This document shows positions 9,223 through 18,008 of a DNA stretch of 32,000 nt, piece after piece. The DNA comes from Candidatus Hermodarchaeota archaeon (GTDB taxonomy: Archaea; Asgardarchaeota; Heimdallarchaeia; Hodarchaeales; Hodarchaeaceae), in assembly GCA_048886185.1 (NCBI GenBank), contig JBHLKY010000004.1, forward strand, positions 180,001 to 212,000, written 5' to 3'. Positions within the stretch are counted from its first letter, which is position 1. Each line of letters begins with the position of its first letter. The notes under the pieces are model-generated. The model saw only the letters and a list, made by a program, of their open reading frames with translations. It made no database searches and was not told where the DNA came from. A program made the position numbers and the translations under genes.

Positions 9223-9450
9223 AACAAACTGGGAGAGAAATTTTTAGCAATTCTATCAGACATGAATCATGATGGAATCAAGAAAAAGAGTGAAAGCAGA
9301 GTTTTTTTGAGAGACATTAAACAATTCTTTCTTTCATTTAAACTGGATAATCTGATCAAACAAGTCGGTAATTTGGTCATGTAGATTACTTGCTGGTATT
9401 AAATAAGAACCTCCTTCTCTCCTCTCGTTCAATGATAATAAATTAGCAAA

Positions 9451-10212
9451 TTATTTTGGTAGCTTTAATGCAACTAAAAAGTCATCAACCCATTCTGTAA
9501 AGGTAACGGTTTCATTCAGAATACGGTTAACTTGGATCTCATATTCTTCTGCCGCTGCCTGAGTGGGTATGATCAAAAATGTATCTTTGTTCTCAATGGG
9601 TTGTAACCGGATCATAGGTTTCTCTACTTTAGAGGCATCATCTGCAGTAGCCAATTCAAGTTCTAAAAGGAAGAGAAAATCTTTTGCTGTTATAGCTTTA
9701 AAACCATATTTTTCCATATTACCATCTGGTTTCAAATCAAGTAATATTCGGCTCCATTCAGTGATCCAATATTCATCAGTGAACCAATACTCCAAATATT
9801 CTTTTTGTCGACTGCGAATTTCACTTAAAACAATCATGTAGCGAATCATACCCTCTCTGACTCGCTTCATTAAGTTCAGGCCTGGATAGTCATAAAGCTC
9901 ATTAAGTTTGGCTCGTTCCTGACTTAACAGAACCATAATTTTCACGATTTCTTCTAATTGGTGTTCAGAATCAATCGGAACATAGTTAGATACTTTTTCT
10001 AACCATCGAATAGTATCTGAAACTTCCTGTTCACTAACATCGATGCCTTTAATAGCCTCTAATGTACGCTGGACTAACGTTTTATTCCGAATTAGAAGCT
10101 CATGTTCTTTTGTTGGTTTTCTTCCACGATCTTTTATTAGTTTCTCAATAATGCCTGGTGCAAAGCGATGTTTATCAATTTCCAATTTGCAATTCACCCT
10201 AATTATTATCAT
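9451..10212 (-). CDS. Hypothetical soluble protein
   Basis: 253-codon ORF with protein-like, mostly helical and charged composition. No motif recognised. Confidence 0.75.
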   Translation of the reverse strand: MIIIRVNCKLEIDKHRFAPGIIEKLIKDRGRKPTKEHELLIRNKTLVQRTLEAIKGIDVSEQEVSDTIRWLEKVSNYVPIDSEHQLEEIVKIMVLLSQERAKLNELYDYPGLNLMKRVREGMIRYMIVLSEIRSRQKEYLEYWFTDEYWITEWSRILLDLKPDGNMEKYGFKAITAKDFLFLLELELATADDASKVEKPMIRLQPIENKDTFLIIPTQAAAEEYEIQVNRILNETVTFTEWVDDFLVALKLPK

Positions 10213-10526
10213 AACATTTTAGAAGAGTATGATGACTGTAAATTAAGTAAGTTATTTGTTTTTATTGTTTTGGCCGATCATTAAGATTCAACATAAATTA
10301 TTTTTGATATATGCTGGGTTTTTTCATCGAAAAATTCTAACACTTCTAATCAGAACGCTTACTTGTCTATGTGCAACGAAACAAATTCTAAAAGTGAAAA
10401 TCGGTTAAAATCCTTTGAGAGTCGAAACAAAGAAACCCTCCGGGTTATTCCTCACTGCTTTTATTTCACATGAAGAAATTCTGTGGTCATTTTACGAGAA
10501 TGAATGAAAATGACTCTATATTTGTT

Positions 10527-11300
10527 TTAATCTACTTCTTTGAGAAAATTGATCGTACGGGTATATAATTCTACTTTAAATAAATCATCATTCATAATAG
10601 GGTGTGGGGCTCCTTCTACATACCATAGTTCCTTTTTTGAAGAACTAATACTTTCATATATTTGTCTTGCGCTGTTTAAGGATACTAATTCGTCCATAGT
10701 ACCTTGAATAATGAAGGCTGGACATGTTACATTTTTCAATGATTGCTTAACTTTCCTTAATGCTTCTAATACAGTAAAACCAATTGAAGTGGGTATCCAA
10801 TCATATCCCACCCAACCTTGTTCCTTTAATGTCTCGGGAACAAGACTAGAAAATTTTTCAGGGATAACTCGTTTGATTAGAGGTATTTTATTGATAATAG
10901 GCAAGAATGACAGCATACAACTTTTCACGTTCAGTGCTGCAGCCCAAGTTACAATAGCATTGATCTCTTTTCTCTCTGAGGCTAAGAGAAGAGCCAAAAT
11001 ACCTCCCATACTATGGCCAAGAACGAAGATGTGTTCGCATTTCTGTTGGAGTATATTGATGCCCTCATGGGCATCATGCAGCCAATCGGAAAAGGTAACA
11101 TTATAAAGGTCTTGAGGATCTGTACCAAATCCACTTAACGTTGGAAGCCAAATAGATGTCCCTAATTTCGAGTTAAGGGTATAAGCAAAGTCTTTTAAGT
11201 CCCAAGTAGTACCTCCACCAGCACCATGTAAGAGTAAACACCCTGTTGTCGATCCCTTAATGTAAAGTGATTCAGCTCCATCCAAAAATTTGCGTTTCAT
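10527..11300 (-). CDS. Alpha/beta hydrolase, carboxylesterase/monoacylglycerol lipase-like
   Basis: Oxyanion LLLHG, nucleophile elbow GHSMGG, acid GTMDELV, base APH. ATG 11300 (MKRK) preferred because it avoids overlapping the upstream gene. Confidence 0.9.
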   Translation of the reverse strand: MKRKFLDGAESLYIKGSTTGCLLLHGAGGGTTWDLKDFAYTLNSKLGTSIWLPTLSGFGTDPQDLYNVTFSDWLHDAHEGINILQQKCEHIFVLGHSMGGILALLLASERKEINAIVTWAAALNVKSCMLSFLPIINKIPLIKRVIPEKFSSLVPETLKEQGWVGYDWIPTSIGFTVLEALRKVKQSLKNVTCPAFIIQGTMDELVSLNSARQIYESISSSKKELWYVEGAPHPIMNDDLFKVELYTRTINFLKEVD

Positions 11301-11322
11301 TTTTATGCCAAAAAAGGATATT

Positions 11323-12207
11323 TTATACACGCTTAATTAAGTTCTCTAGAATCGAATCACCTACAGCGTGATACCTATGAATAGCTGGATAAATCTTGAC
11401 CTTTGATTCTAAATTCACTGATTCGATAAGTTGAGGAATCGCTTTTATGATTTTTTTAATGGTCGAAGTGAAAGGAAAAACCATATGATCGCAAGGAAAT
11501 TCTTGTTGAGAGAAATAAGGTATATTTTCTATTTCTGATGCTTCGAAAAGAGCACTTTCTCTCGAAACGACCTTATCGAAGGTACCCACAGCGTTAAACC
11601 ATAAAATATTTGGATTTAATAGTGGAGGTGAATTAAGTGAGGTAAGTAGGTGACTTTTTTGAGAAAGTTGAATGAAACCAAGCCCTAGATCGGTTGCTAA
11701 TGGTTCTTGATCATCTTTGAGAAATTTACGAAGTATTAATACAGTTTCTTCTAAACGAGAAATGTCTCCTGTTCCTACTCCATGATTTGGAACAGTAAGT
11801 AAAGCAATTCCTTGAACCATTTGTTCAATCCGGTGAAGGGGATAAGGATGCTTAAAATGAGGACTGGTAAAAACACGTGAAATTATCCCCCCCATACTGT
11901 GCGCTACAATCAAAACCTGTACTTTTCTTTCTCTGTAAATGAAATCAACAGCAGTTAGTAAATCTTCATGAGCTAACGTCTCAATGTTACCAGATATTGC
12001 ATTGCTAAGATTTAAAGCCCAGCAATCCAGATTTTTTTCAATAAAATAATTCCCTAATGAATCCTTATAGGTAAACCATACCTGTGAATTTGATCCAAAT
12101 CCATGAAGAAATAATACAGGGGTACCAGTTGAATCAGGTGTGCAATGATGAAGTCTTGCCAATCCTTGCTGTGTATCAATCTCATAAATAATTTGTGAAA
12201 TGGAAAT
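11323..12207 (-). CDS. Alpha/beta hydrolase, lipase/PGAP1-like
   Basis: FLHGFGS, AHSMGG, VPNHG, TFDKVV, CDH. ORF track starts at TTG 12162, but the frame is open further; ATT at 12207 lies 6 nt after GAGGGA. Start uncertain. Confidence 0.85.
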   Translation of the reverse strand: MSISQIIYEIDTQQGLARLHHCTPDSTGTPVLFLHGFGSNSQVWFTYKDSLGNYFIEKNLDCWALNLSNAISGNIETLAHEDLLTAVDFIYRERKVQVLIVAHSMGGIISRVFTSPHFKHPYPLHRIEQMVQGIALLTVPNHGVGTGDISRLEETVLILRKFLKDDQEPLATDLGLGFIQLSQKSHLLTSLNSPPLLNPNILWFNAVGTFDKVVSRESALFEASEIENIPYFSQQEFPCDHMVFPFTSTIKKIIKAIPQLIESVNLESKVKIYPAIHRYHAVGDSILENLIKRV

Positions 12208-12318
12208 GATAAATCCCTCAATTTCTTAATGGGTAATTTTTTGGATAAAAAAATAGCTTCTCTTCTATAAATAGGAGTGATAACTTTTCTAATTATTAAG
12301 TAGAATCTAGGAATGTAG

Positions 12319-12960
12319 TTAGTTTGTTTTCATAAGAAGTAGCTTTACAAGTCGTATAGGTTCAGGTAGCTTATAAAGAAGAAGAGGTAATATTATGGTA
12401 GTGGCTGTTTGTAATGTAATTTTATGACCAATTGATAGAAAAATTCCCTTTTTATTTCCTTTTTTCTTAATGAAATAAGCTATTAGATGCCCTTCATTGA
12501 AAACTGGAAAAATTTCACACTTCTCTTCCTCTTGGGGATGAGAATGGTCAATTTCACCAAACAATGGTTTTTGGGTAATCCCAATAGTAGGAACATCCAG
12601 ATCGACCCCCAATTCACATGCAAGACCAAAATATCTTGGGTGTTGTCTTCCCGCACCCTCAACCAGAAGAAGGTCGAAAGTATGAAAATGCTTGATAACT
12701 TGGAGAAGGGGGGATTTATTACGAAGACTCAAAAAAGAGCTGATATAAGGAAAAGGAGAATGGACTACTTCCCCCAGAAAGGAATCTTTCTGCTGTTTTA
12801 ATTCAAGATCATAGAGAACTCCTCCCGCTCTAATGTCCTGAGTTCTTTGAGTAACTGTAACAGCTAGCACTGTTTTAGGTTCTTTAATGTAATCTTTTTC
12901 TTCAACAAAGGATGCCTTGGTTATTTGATATTGTTTTACCTCCTCCAGATTAAATCGCAG
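12319..12960 (-). CDS. nfi: Endonuclease V (Nfi) homolog, predicted catalytically inactive
   Basis: FPYIS.FLSLR, LLVEGAG..HPR..GLA..LG, PTIG, SIGH, LPEP.R. The frame extends 30 codons beyond the ORF-track start (RFNLEEVKQYQITKASFVEEKD resembles the EndoV N-terminus) to CTG 12960, 8 nt after AGGTG. Confidence 0.85.
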   Translation of the reverse strand: MRFNLEEVKQYQITKASFVEEKDYIKEPKTVLAVTVTQRTQDIRAGGVLYDLELKQQKDSFLGEVVHSPFPYISSFLSLRNKSPLLQVIKHFHTFDLLLVEGAGRQHPRYFGLACELGVDLDVPTIGITQKPLFGEIDHSHPQEEEKCEIFPVFNEGHLIAYFIKKKGNKKGIFLSIGHKITLQTATTIILPLLLYKLPEPIRLVKLLLMKTN

Positions 12961-13001
12961 TTTCTAAACACCTGAATTGAATTCATTTATCTGAACTTAG
13001 A

Positions 13002-13286
13002 TTATTCCTTTAATAAAGTGAAATTCCCATCAATAATTCGTAGTACATTAGTCCTATTCTTCAAGCCCCATAAGATCTGATGCCCTTCTTGAGCCATCCG
13101 TGCATCTCATGAATCCTTCTAAGGATTTTGTTCGATAAATCAGATATCATGGTAGGTCACATTCCGCAAACCAGACTTTACACGATGAATTGGATAAAAT
13201 TGTCCATCCAATTCGACCCCATGTTGATTTGTGAAGATAGCCTCAAAGATTTTAAGGGATGCCTCCTTCAAGTCTTCATAATTCAT
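13002..13286 (-). pseudogene. Small uncharacterised archaeal protein (FIEQNP...MA.EGH.I.W type) with three in-frame stops
   Basis: Hand translation from ATG 13286 (GAGG upstream): MNYEDLKEASLKIFEAIFTNQHGVELDGQFYPIHRVKSGLRNVTYHDI*FIEQNP*KDS*DARMAQEGHQILWGLKNRTNVLRIIDGNFTLLKE*. One frame throughout. Family resemblance is from memory. Confidence 0.7.
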
Positions 13287-13437
13287 GTCCTCATCGTTCT
13301 CTTTCTCATTAATCGTTCAGTATTTCAGAATTATTGTCATTAAGTTCAGCTAAAAATCAACATTTTTTCATTTCTGAAATCTTCAAAGAAGTACCCCTCC
13401 TAAAATAACCTATTAAGAAAAGAGACCCAGTAATATT

Positions 13438-13452
13438 AAAAATAAAAAAGAA
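13438..13452 (-). terminator. Oligo-T terminator after the ferredoxin gene
   Basis: Minus strand reads ttcttttttattttt about 15 nt past the stop. Confidence 0.5.
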
Positions 13453-13467
13453 GAGTGAGGAGTGCCC

Positions 13468-13683
13468 TTACCAAGAACAGTGGTCTAAGATGGCGTCATT
13501 TGGACAAACTCCATCACATGCGGCACATTCTGAGCAATCCCCGATGTTTGGAACAGTAACCTTCCCATCTACGATTTCATAGACATCCTCGGGACAGACG
13601 TCAACGCATTCGCCTGCTCCGGTGCATAGGTCGAGATCGATTTCTACCCAGAGATCTCCTTCTTCAAATCGTTGTTTTGCCAT
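13468..13683 (-). CDS. fdx: Dicluster ferredoxin, probably [3Fe-4S][4Fe-4S]
   Basis: CTGAGECVDVCP and CSECAACDGVCP. ATG 13683 follows GGAG. Confidence 0.93.
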   Translation of the reverse strand: MAKQRFEEGDLWVEIDLDLCTGAGECVDVCPEDVYEIVDGKVTVPNIGDCSECAACDGVCPNDAILDHCSW

Positions 13684-14191
13684 TAATTTTATCTCCAATT
13701 ATCTTTTTGTGACTATAAATGATTTTGTGTGGACTGAAACCTGCTGAAAATGACTTCAATAAATAATTTTTCTTTTGGAGATTTACGAAATTTTAACCAT
13801 TTTTACAGGAATCTAGTTTACTTCCTAATTATACCCTTAGATAGATCTTTCTCTGTTAATGAATGCTCTGTAATTTGAAGAAAGTTTTGACCTAATTTTG
13901 GCACAATACAATCCGCAAATGATTATAATTGTTCTTCTGATATTTTTTCTTATTTTACTTCTTTACTGGAATTTTGATTCAGTGTAAAACTCAATCTTTC
14001 AAAATGAAATACACAGCGTAGTTAACTTTAAATAGCTGGAAGTCGAACTATCCCTTTAATCATTTGATATCTGATGCCAAAACGATAGTAAATTGGGAAA
14101 TGATAATTCCGAAGAGAGGAGTAATCACTCACCATTTCCTTCTTCCTTGAACAACTACTGTTTCGAGAATAACAATATTTGGTGATTAAAT

Positions 14192-15073
14192 TTGGATATT
14201 GTTGATATAATCGTTCATTATTTGGATTTTTTTATGGCAATGGATCTAATTTATCAGATTGTCACTCTGGTATCAGTTTTTTGGATTCCAGCAGGATTTG
14301 TCGCATTACGAAACTATCGTCGGATTGGATCTTTGGACTACCTCATTTTTGCAGGGTGGTTCTTTACCAATAGTCTTGGATTTCTATTAGGATCTTTCTA
14401 TATTTCGATGCTTGAAGGTGGTACTATTGATCCAATATTCATCTTTTTTAATTTTCTTAATCAATTTCTTATTCTATTCTTTCAAACAACACATGCTCTC
14501 AGGCTTCGTTGGCAGTGGAAAAATAAACCCACAATTCTTTGGATCATCCTAGGAGTATTTATGGTGGTTCTGCAAACATATTTAACATTAATGACTATTT
14601 TTCCTGATTCCTTTCCCTTTGAGATTCTTTTATTTTTCTTTTATTTAGGTGGTTTTTATTATGCAACTGTATGGTTATATGTTTACCTCACACTCAGGCC
14701 AGCATACCCCGATACACGTGTTAAGATGGTTATTTATGCTTGGATTTATATTGGTCTAGTTGATTTTATACAAATGTCTACATATATTGTTACCTTTATT
14801 CTAGATTTTCTCTCTCTACCCACCATAGATTTTGAAATCATCTCCGAATTCGTGTATAGGTATCTTACAATCCCTTATGTCACGGTGGTGTTTTTGGTTG
14901 GTGTTCTCCTCCCAGAAGCAATGATTATTTCCGAAGCCCAAATTCTGAGGGCTTACAAATTATATACAACAGTTAAAAAGTATAATTGTGAACCTGAGAT
15001 TGTTGATCAAGACAGACTCCTTAGCTATATGTGTAAAGCTAGTGAGGAACTTTCTTTCACCCGCGAATCCTAG
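14192..15073 (+). CDS. Polytopic (about 7 TM) membrane protein with short soluble tail, possibly a sensor
   Basis: About seven hydrophobic segments; TTG start 7 nt after GGTG. No catalytic motif seen. Confidence 0.75.
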   Translation: MDIVDIIVHYLDFFMAMDLIYQIVTLVSVFWIPAGFVALRNYRRIGSLDYLIFAGWFFTNSLGFLLGSFYISMLEGGTIDPIFIFFNFLNQFLILFFQTTHALRLRWQWKNKPTILWIILGVFMVVLQTYLTLMTIFPDSFPFEILLFFFYLGGFYYATVWLYVYLTLRPAYPDTRVKMVIYAWIYIGLVDFIQMSTYIVTFILDFLSLPTIDFEIISEFVYRYLTIPYVTVVFLVGVLLPEAMIISEAQILRAYKLYTTVKKYNCEPEIVDQDRLLSYMCKASEELSFTRES

Positions 15074-15116
15074 GTAATAAATTCAGATCCGTTTGTAGAT
15101 AATATCTTCTCACTTC

Positions 15117-15869
15117 TCAAAGGAGGCCGTTGAACATGTTGTTTATAGCTTTTTTTAAAGCCACATGGAAAGGATGTTCTGCTGAAAAAATCATCGCTTC
15201 ATGGGCCATCTGATAGGATGTCTCACACGAACATGAAATATACCCAGCGTATTTTATTCCATTTTTTTGGAATTGTTCCCCCCAGCGTTCTAAATCTGTA
15301 ATCATTTCAATTTCTGGAACCTGATTGAAAAGTATAAACATATCCCAATTTCTTATAGGTTTTGCTCTCTTATAAATTATTTCGATCATTTTCTGAGTTC
15401 CTGAAACCGCGTATGAATTTGGTCGAAGGATAAGAATCGCTTTATTACATAACATGATCAGATTAATTAAGATCATGTGCCATCCAGGTGGAGAGTCAAA
15501 AATAACAAAATCATAATGGTCTTCAAGGGCTTCAAGATCCTTCATCATGCGTTGGAGCGTTACTATAAACCATTTCTGATCAGATCCCATAATTTTCTCA
15601 TTAGGATCAAAATCTTTGTTTGTAAAAATCACATCTATATTGAGATTAGTCTCATGGATGATTGTTTCATTAAAATTGACATCCCCTTTCAAATAATCGT
15701 TAAAATATAGTTCAGGTTTACTTTGAAAGATATAATGAAATGAGGGCATAAAGAAGTCACTCTCAATTAATAACACTTTATTCTCACTCGCTAATTGATT
15801 AGCCATATTTAAAGCGATTGTGGTTTTTCCTGTTCCTCCCTTATAGCTGTGGACAAGTATCCTCTCCAT
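15117..15869 (-). CDS. MinD/ParA-family P-loop ATPase
   Basis: Deviant Walker A SYKGGTGKTT with signature Lys, LLIESD, Walker B VIFDSPPG, FILFNQV. Confidence 0.92.
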   Translation of the reverse strand: MERILVHSYKGGTGKTTIALNMANQLASENKVLLIESDFFMPSFHYIFQSKPELYFNDYLKGDVNFNETIIHETNLNIDVIFTNKDFDPNEKIMGSDQKWFIVTLQRMMKDLEALEDHYDFVIFDSPPGWHMILINLIMLCNKAILILRPNSYAVSGTQKMIEIIYKRAKPIRNWDMFILFNQVPEIEMITDLERWGEQFQKNGIKYAGYISCSCETSYQMAHEAMIFSAEHPFHVALKKAINNMFNGLL

Positions 15870-15890
15870 ATAAAAACATCCTAATTAAGA

Positions 15891-16424
15891 TCATCGAGCA
15901 TAATAATAAATCTTACCTTCGGACTCTCTGAAGTCAAGTAATGCCTCGGCGACAAATTTTTCAATATGTTTTCGTATTGAAATTCGGTCTTTATTCAGGT
16001 ATTCCATTAAATCATCAATTGTCACACCTGGAATCTTTTTTAGTTGTAATTCGAGCAATGCTAAAGCAGTATTATTTTCTTCAGGGGAGAGTGTTTGACG
16101 CATATTCCAATTTTTCAGACTCCATTCTTCTTTTAAAGTTTCTAGAAAATCACTAATTGCTCGTTTGATAAAATCATTAATGCTTGTTATTGCATATTTA
16201 ATCTTGATGTGACGGCTTGAAATAATTTTTTGTATTTCATTAGAAATATCTTCATCAACCTCAAGGGTCATACCATGGTAGACCTTATTTACACAAAAAC
16301 GAAGAACTTCAGACTTACTCTTCAATTTAAACCTTTCTTGAATTGTCAAAAACTTTTTTTCATCGTCTTTGTCGAGATTCACTCTGATGGGGAACTTATG
16401 AAGCCCTGGGTTTTTAGATGACAC
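15891..16424 (-). CDS. Putative DNA-binding protein: two ribbon-helix-helix-like units plus C-terminal winged helix
   Basis: IRVNLDKDDEKKF...SKSEVLRFCV and TLEVDEDISNEI...SINDFIKRAI fit RHH spacing; VTIDDLMEYLNKDRISIRKHIEKF...GKIYYY fits wHTH. GTG start 8 nt after AGGTG. Confidence 0.7.
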   Translation of the reverse strand: MSSKNPGLHKFPIRVNLDKDDEKKFLTIQERFKLKSKSEVLRFCVNKVYHGMTLEVDEDISNEIQKIISSRHIKIKYAITSINDFIKRAISDFLETLKEEWSLKNWNMRQTLSPEENNTALALLELQLKKIPGVTIDDLMEYLNKDRISIRKHIEKFVAEALLDFRESEGKIYYYAR

Positions 16425-16455
16425 TTTTTTTACACCTTTTAATAGAATGAAGAGG

Positions 16456-16536
16456 TATAATATAAGTTATATGTATAGTATTATTTTATAAACTTTGGCA
16501 TAGAAAGCTTAATATAATATAGTATTTTATAATATA
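16456..16536. repeat. Short AT-rich direct repeats in the divergent promoter region
   Basis: TATAATATA at 16456, 16513 and 16528; TATAGTATT(ATT)TTATAA at 16474 and 16518. Confidence 0.4.
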
Positions 16537-16635
16537 TCATATTATTCTACAATGAATAATATGTTCCTTCATGATAGTCTGGCCTTAAAAAATTGAAAGT
16601 CAGTCAGTAGTACTAATAATAAGGTGAAAAAAATA

Positions 16636-17832
16636 ATGAAATTAAAATCTAATAGAATTCTCATAATATTAGCTGGATTGATACTCACTACAGTATTGGT
16701 ATGCATTGAAAGTGTGCCAATAGGTTTAGCTTATAAGAAAATTATCATTCCACATGTTGGTAATGAAGCAGACCTTGCTACAGCTGGTTGGTTTGATAAT
16801 TTCGATGGAAACTTAACTGATTGGACAATAGAAAATGGTACCTTTTCTGTTACTGATAGCATCCTACATGCCACAGGTGGAAACATATGGCATGTTGCTT
16901 CTCATACTAGCTCTGTAGCGAATGGAACATGGAGTTTTGATGTTTACATTAATAAGACCAATCTCAGGCTTGGTGAACATCTCTATATTTTTTTTATGGC
17001 AAATAATCTCGAAAGCGATCAACAGAATGGTTATGATATCATGATATGGATAGACCCTAACACAGGAACCCCTGGGTTTACTCTGTGGAAACGTGTAGAC
17101 GGCGCAGTGAGCGAACTTGGTTCTTGTGGTTATCCTAGCGGCCTTTCTGGTTGGTATCATATTGATGTGACCCGTCATTCAAATGGACAATTTTACATGT
17201 TCGTTGATGGATCATTAAAAATTCCTGCACTGGATACAACGTTCACAACATCAAAATACTTCGGAATCGTAATGAAAGGTGGCCATTCGTTAGATAATAT
17301 CAATATTTCTAATGAGATATATCTTTACCCTAAACCAAGTAACCTCAAATTCAGCTATGCTTCGAGATCAGTTTCAGTTCAACAAAAAAGTAATAGTTCC
17401 GTCTTTTTTTATGTAGAAAATGATGGAGAACTTCCAGGGTCTGGAACCCTTACTACAGGAGTAACACCTATCGGTATCAATGTGAGTTTTGATCCCAATA
17501 CAATTACCAACTTATGCCCAACAATACACGGTTGTTCTCAAAGGGTGGAAATAACCGTTGAAGCGGCCTCATTTGTTGATCCAGGTGAGTATGAAGTCAT
17601 TGTGGAGTTACGCAATACCAGTCATGTTTTGGACGAGATGCCCCTATTTATTACTATTTTAGAAGCTCCAATTGAAACTACCTCAATTGATACAACATCT
17701 GTGCCCACTTCTTCAGCAGCCACAAGCTCGAAAACACAACCTCTTGACGAAACAACATCACAAGGGATTCCAATTATTGGTTTGATCTTAACACTTAGCG
17801 TAATAGTGCTCTTCTGGCGAAAACGGAGTTAA
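16636..17832 (+). CDS. Secreted surface glycoprotein: ConA/LamG-like domain, Ig-like domain, Ser/Thr linker, C-terminal membrane anchor
   Basis: N-terminal signal; beta-rich WFDNFD..W...G, WSFDV, WYHIDVTR, FVDG, LDNI pattern; FYVENDG...PGEYEVIV Ig-like segment; several N-x-S/T sequons; GIP + hydrophobic helix + RKRS. ATG 16636 lies 9 nt after AGGTG. Confidence 0.8.
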   Translation: MKLKSNRILIILAGLILTTVLVCIESVPIGLAYKKIIIPHVGNEADLATAGWFDNFDGNLTDWTIENGTFSVTDSILHATGGNIWHVASHTSSVANGTWSFDVYINKTNLRLGEHLYIFFMANNLESDQQNGYDIMIWIDPNTGTPGFTLWKRVDGAVSELGSCGYPSGLSGWYHIDVTRHSNGQFYMFVDGSLKIPALDTTFTTSKYFGIVMKGGHSLDNINISNEIYLYPKPSNLKFSYASRSVSVQQKSNSSVFFYVENDGELPGSGTLTTGVTPIGINVSFDPNTITNLCPTIHGCSQRVEITVEAASFVDPGEYEVIVELRNTSHVLDEMPLFITILEAPIETTSIDTTSVPTSSAATSSKTQPLDETTSQGIPIIGLILTLSVIVLFWRKRS

Positions 17833-18008
17833 GAATGCACAATTTATCAGTTTAAACCAGAAAATCTCTTTGTTGTGTTTATCCAGCAACATTGGTCATT
17901 ATTCTCCACTAGAGAATAATGGCTTTAATTTTTCATGCTTCATGTGAATTGAAAAAAATTTATTTTCCACTCTAGATTAAGTCACAGGTATTAGATTGAG
18001 GAGTTTTA

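Noticed and set aside
10435-10447. AACCC-TCC-GGGTT hairpin in the intergenic region
   Set aside because: 5-bp stem with 3-nt loop and no supporting context for an ncRNA or terminator.
13128-13343. 71-aa plus-strand ORF in the track
   Set aside because: Antisense to the pseudogene frame, which has an SD, ATG and more protein-like sequence.
13699-14191. Possible small gene in the 490-bp gap (35-aa ORF; a CGLYC string)
   Set aside because: Frames are short and stop-rich, and the Cys string lacks the rest of any known motif.
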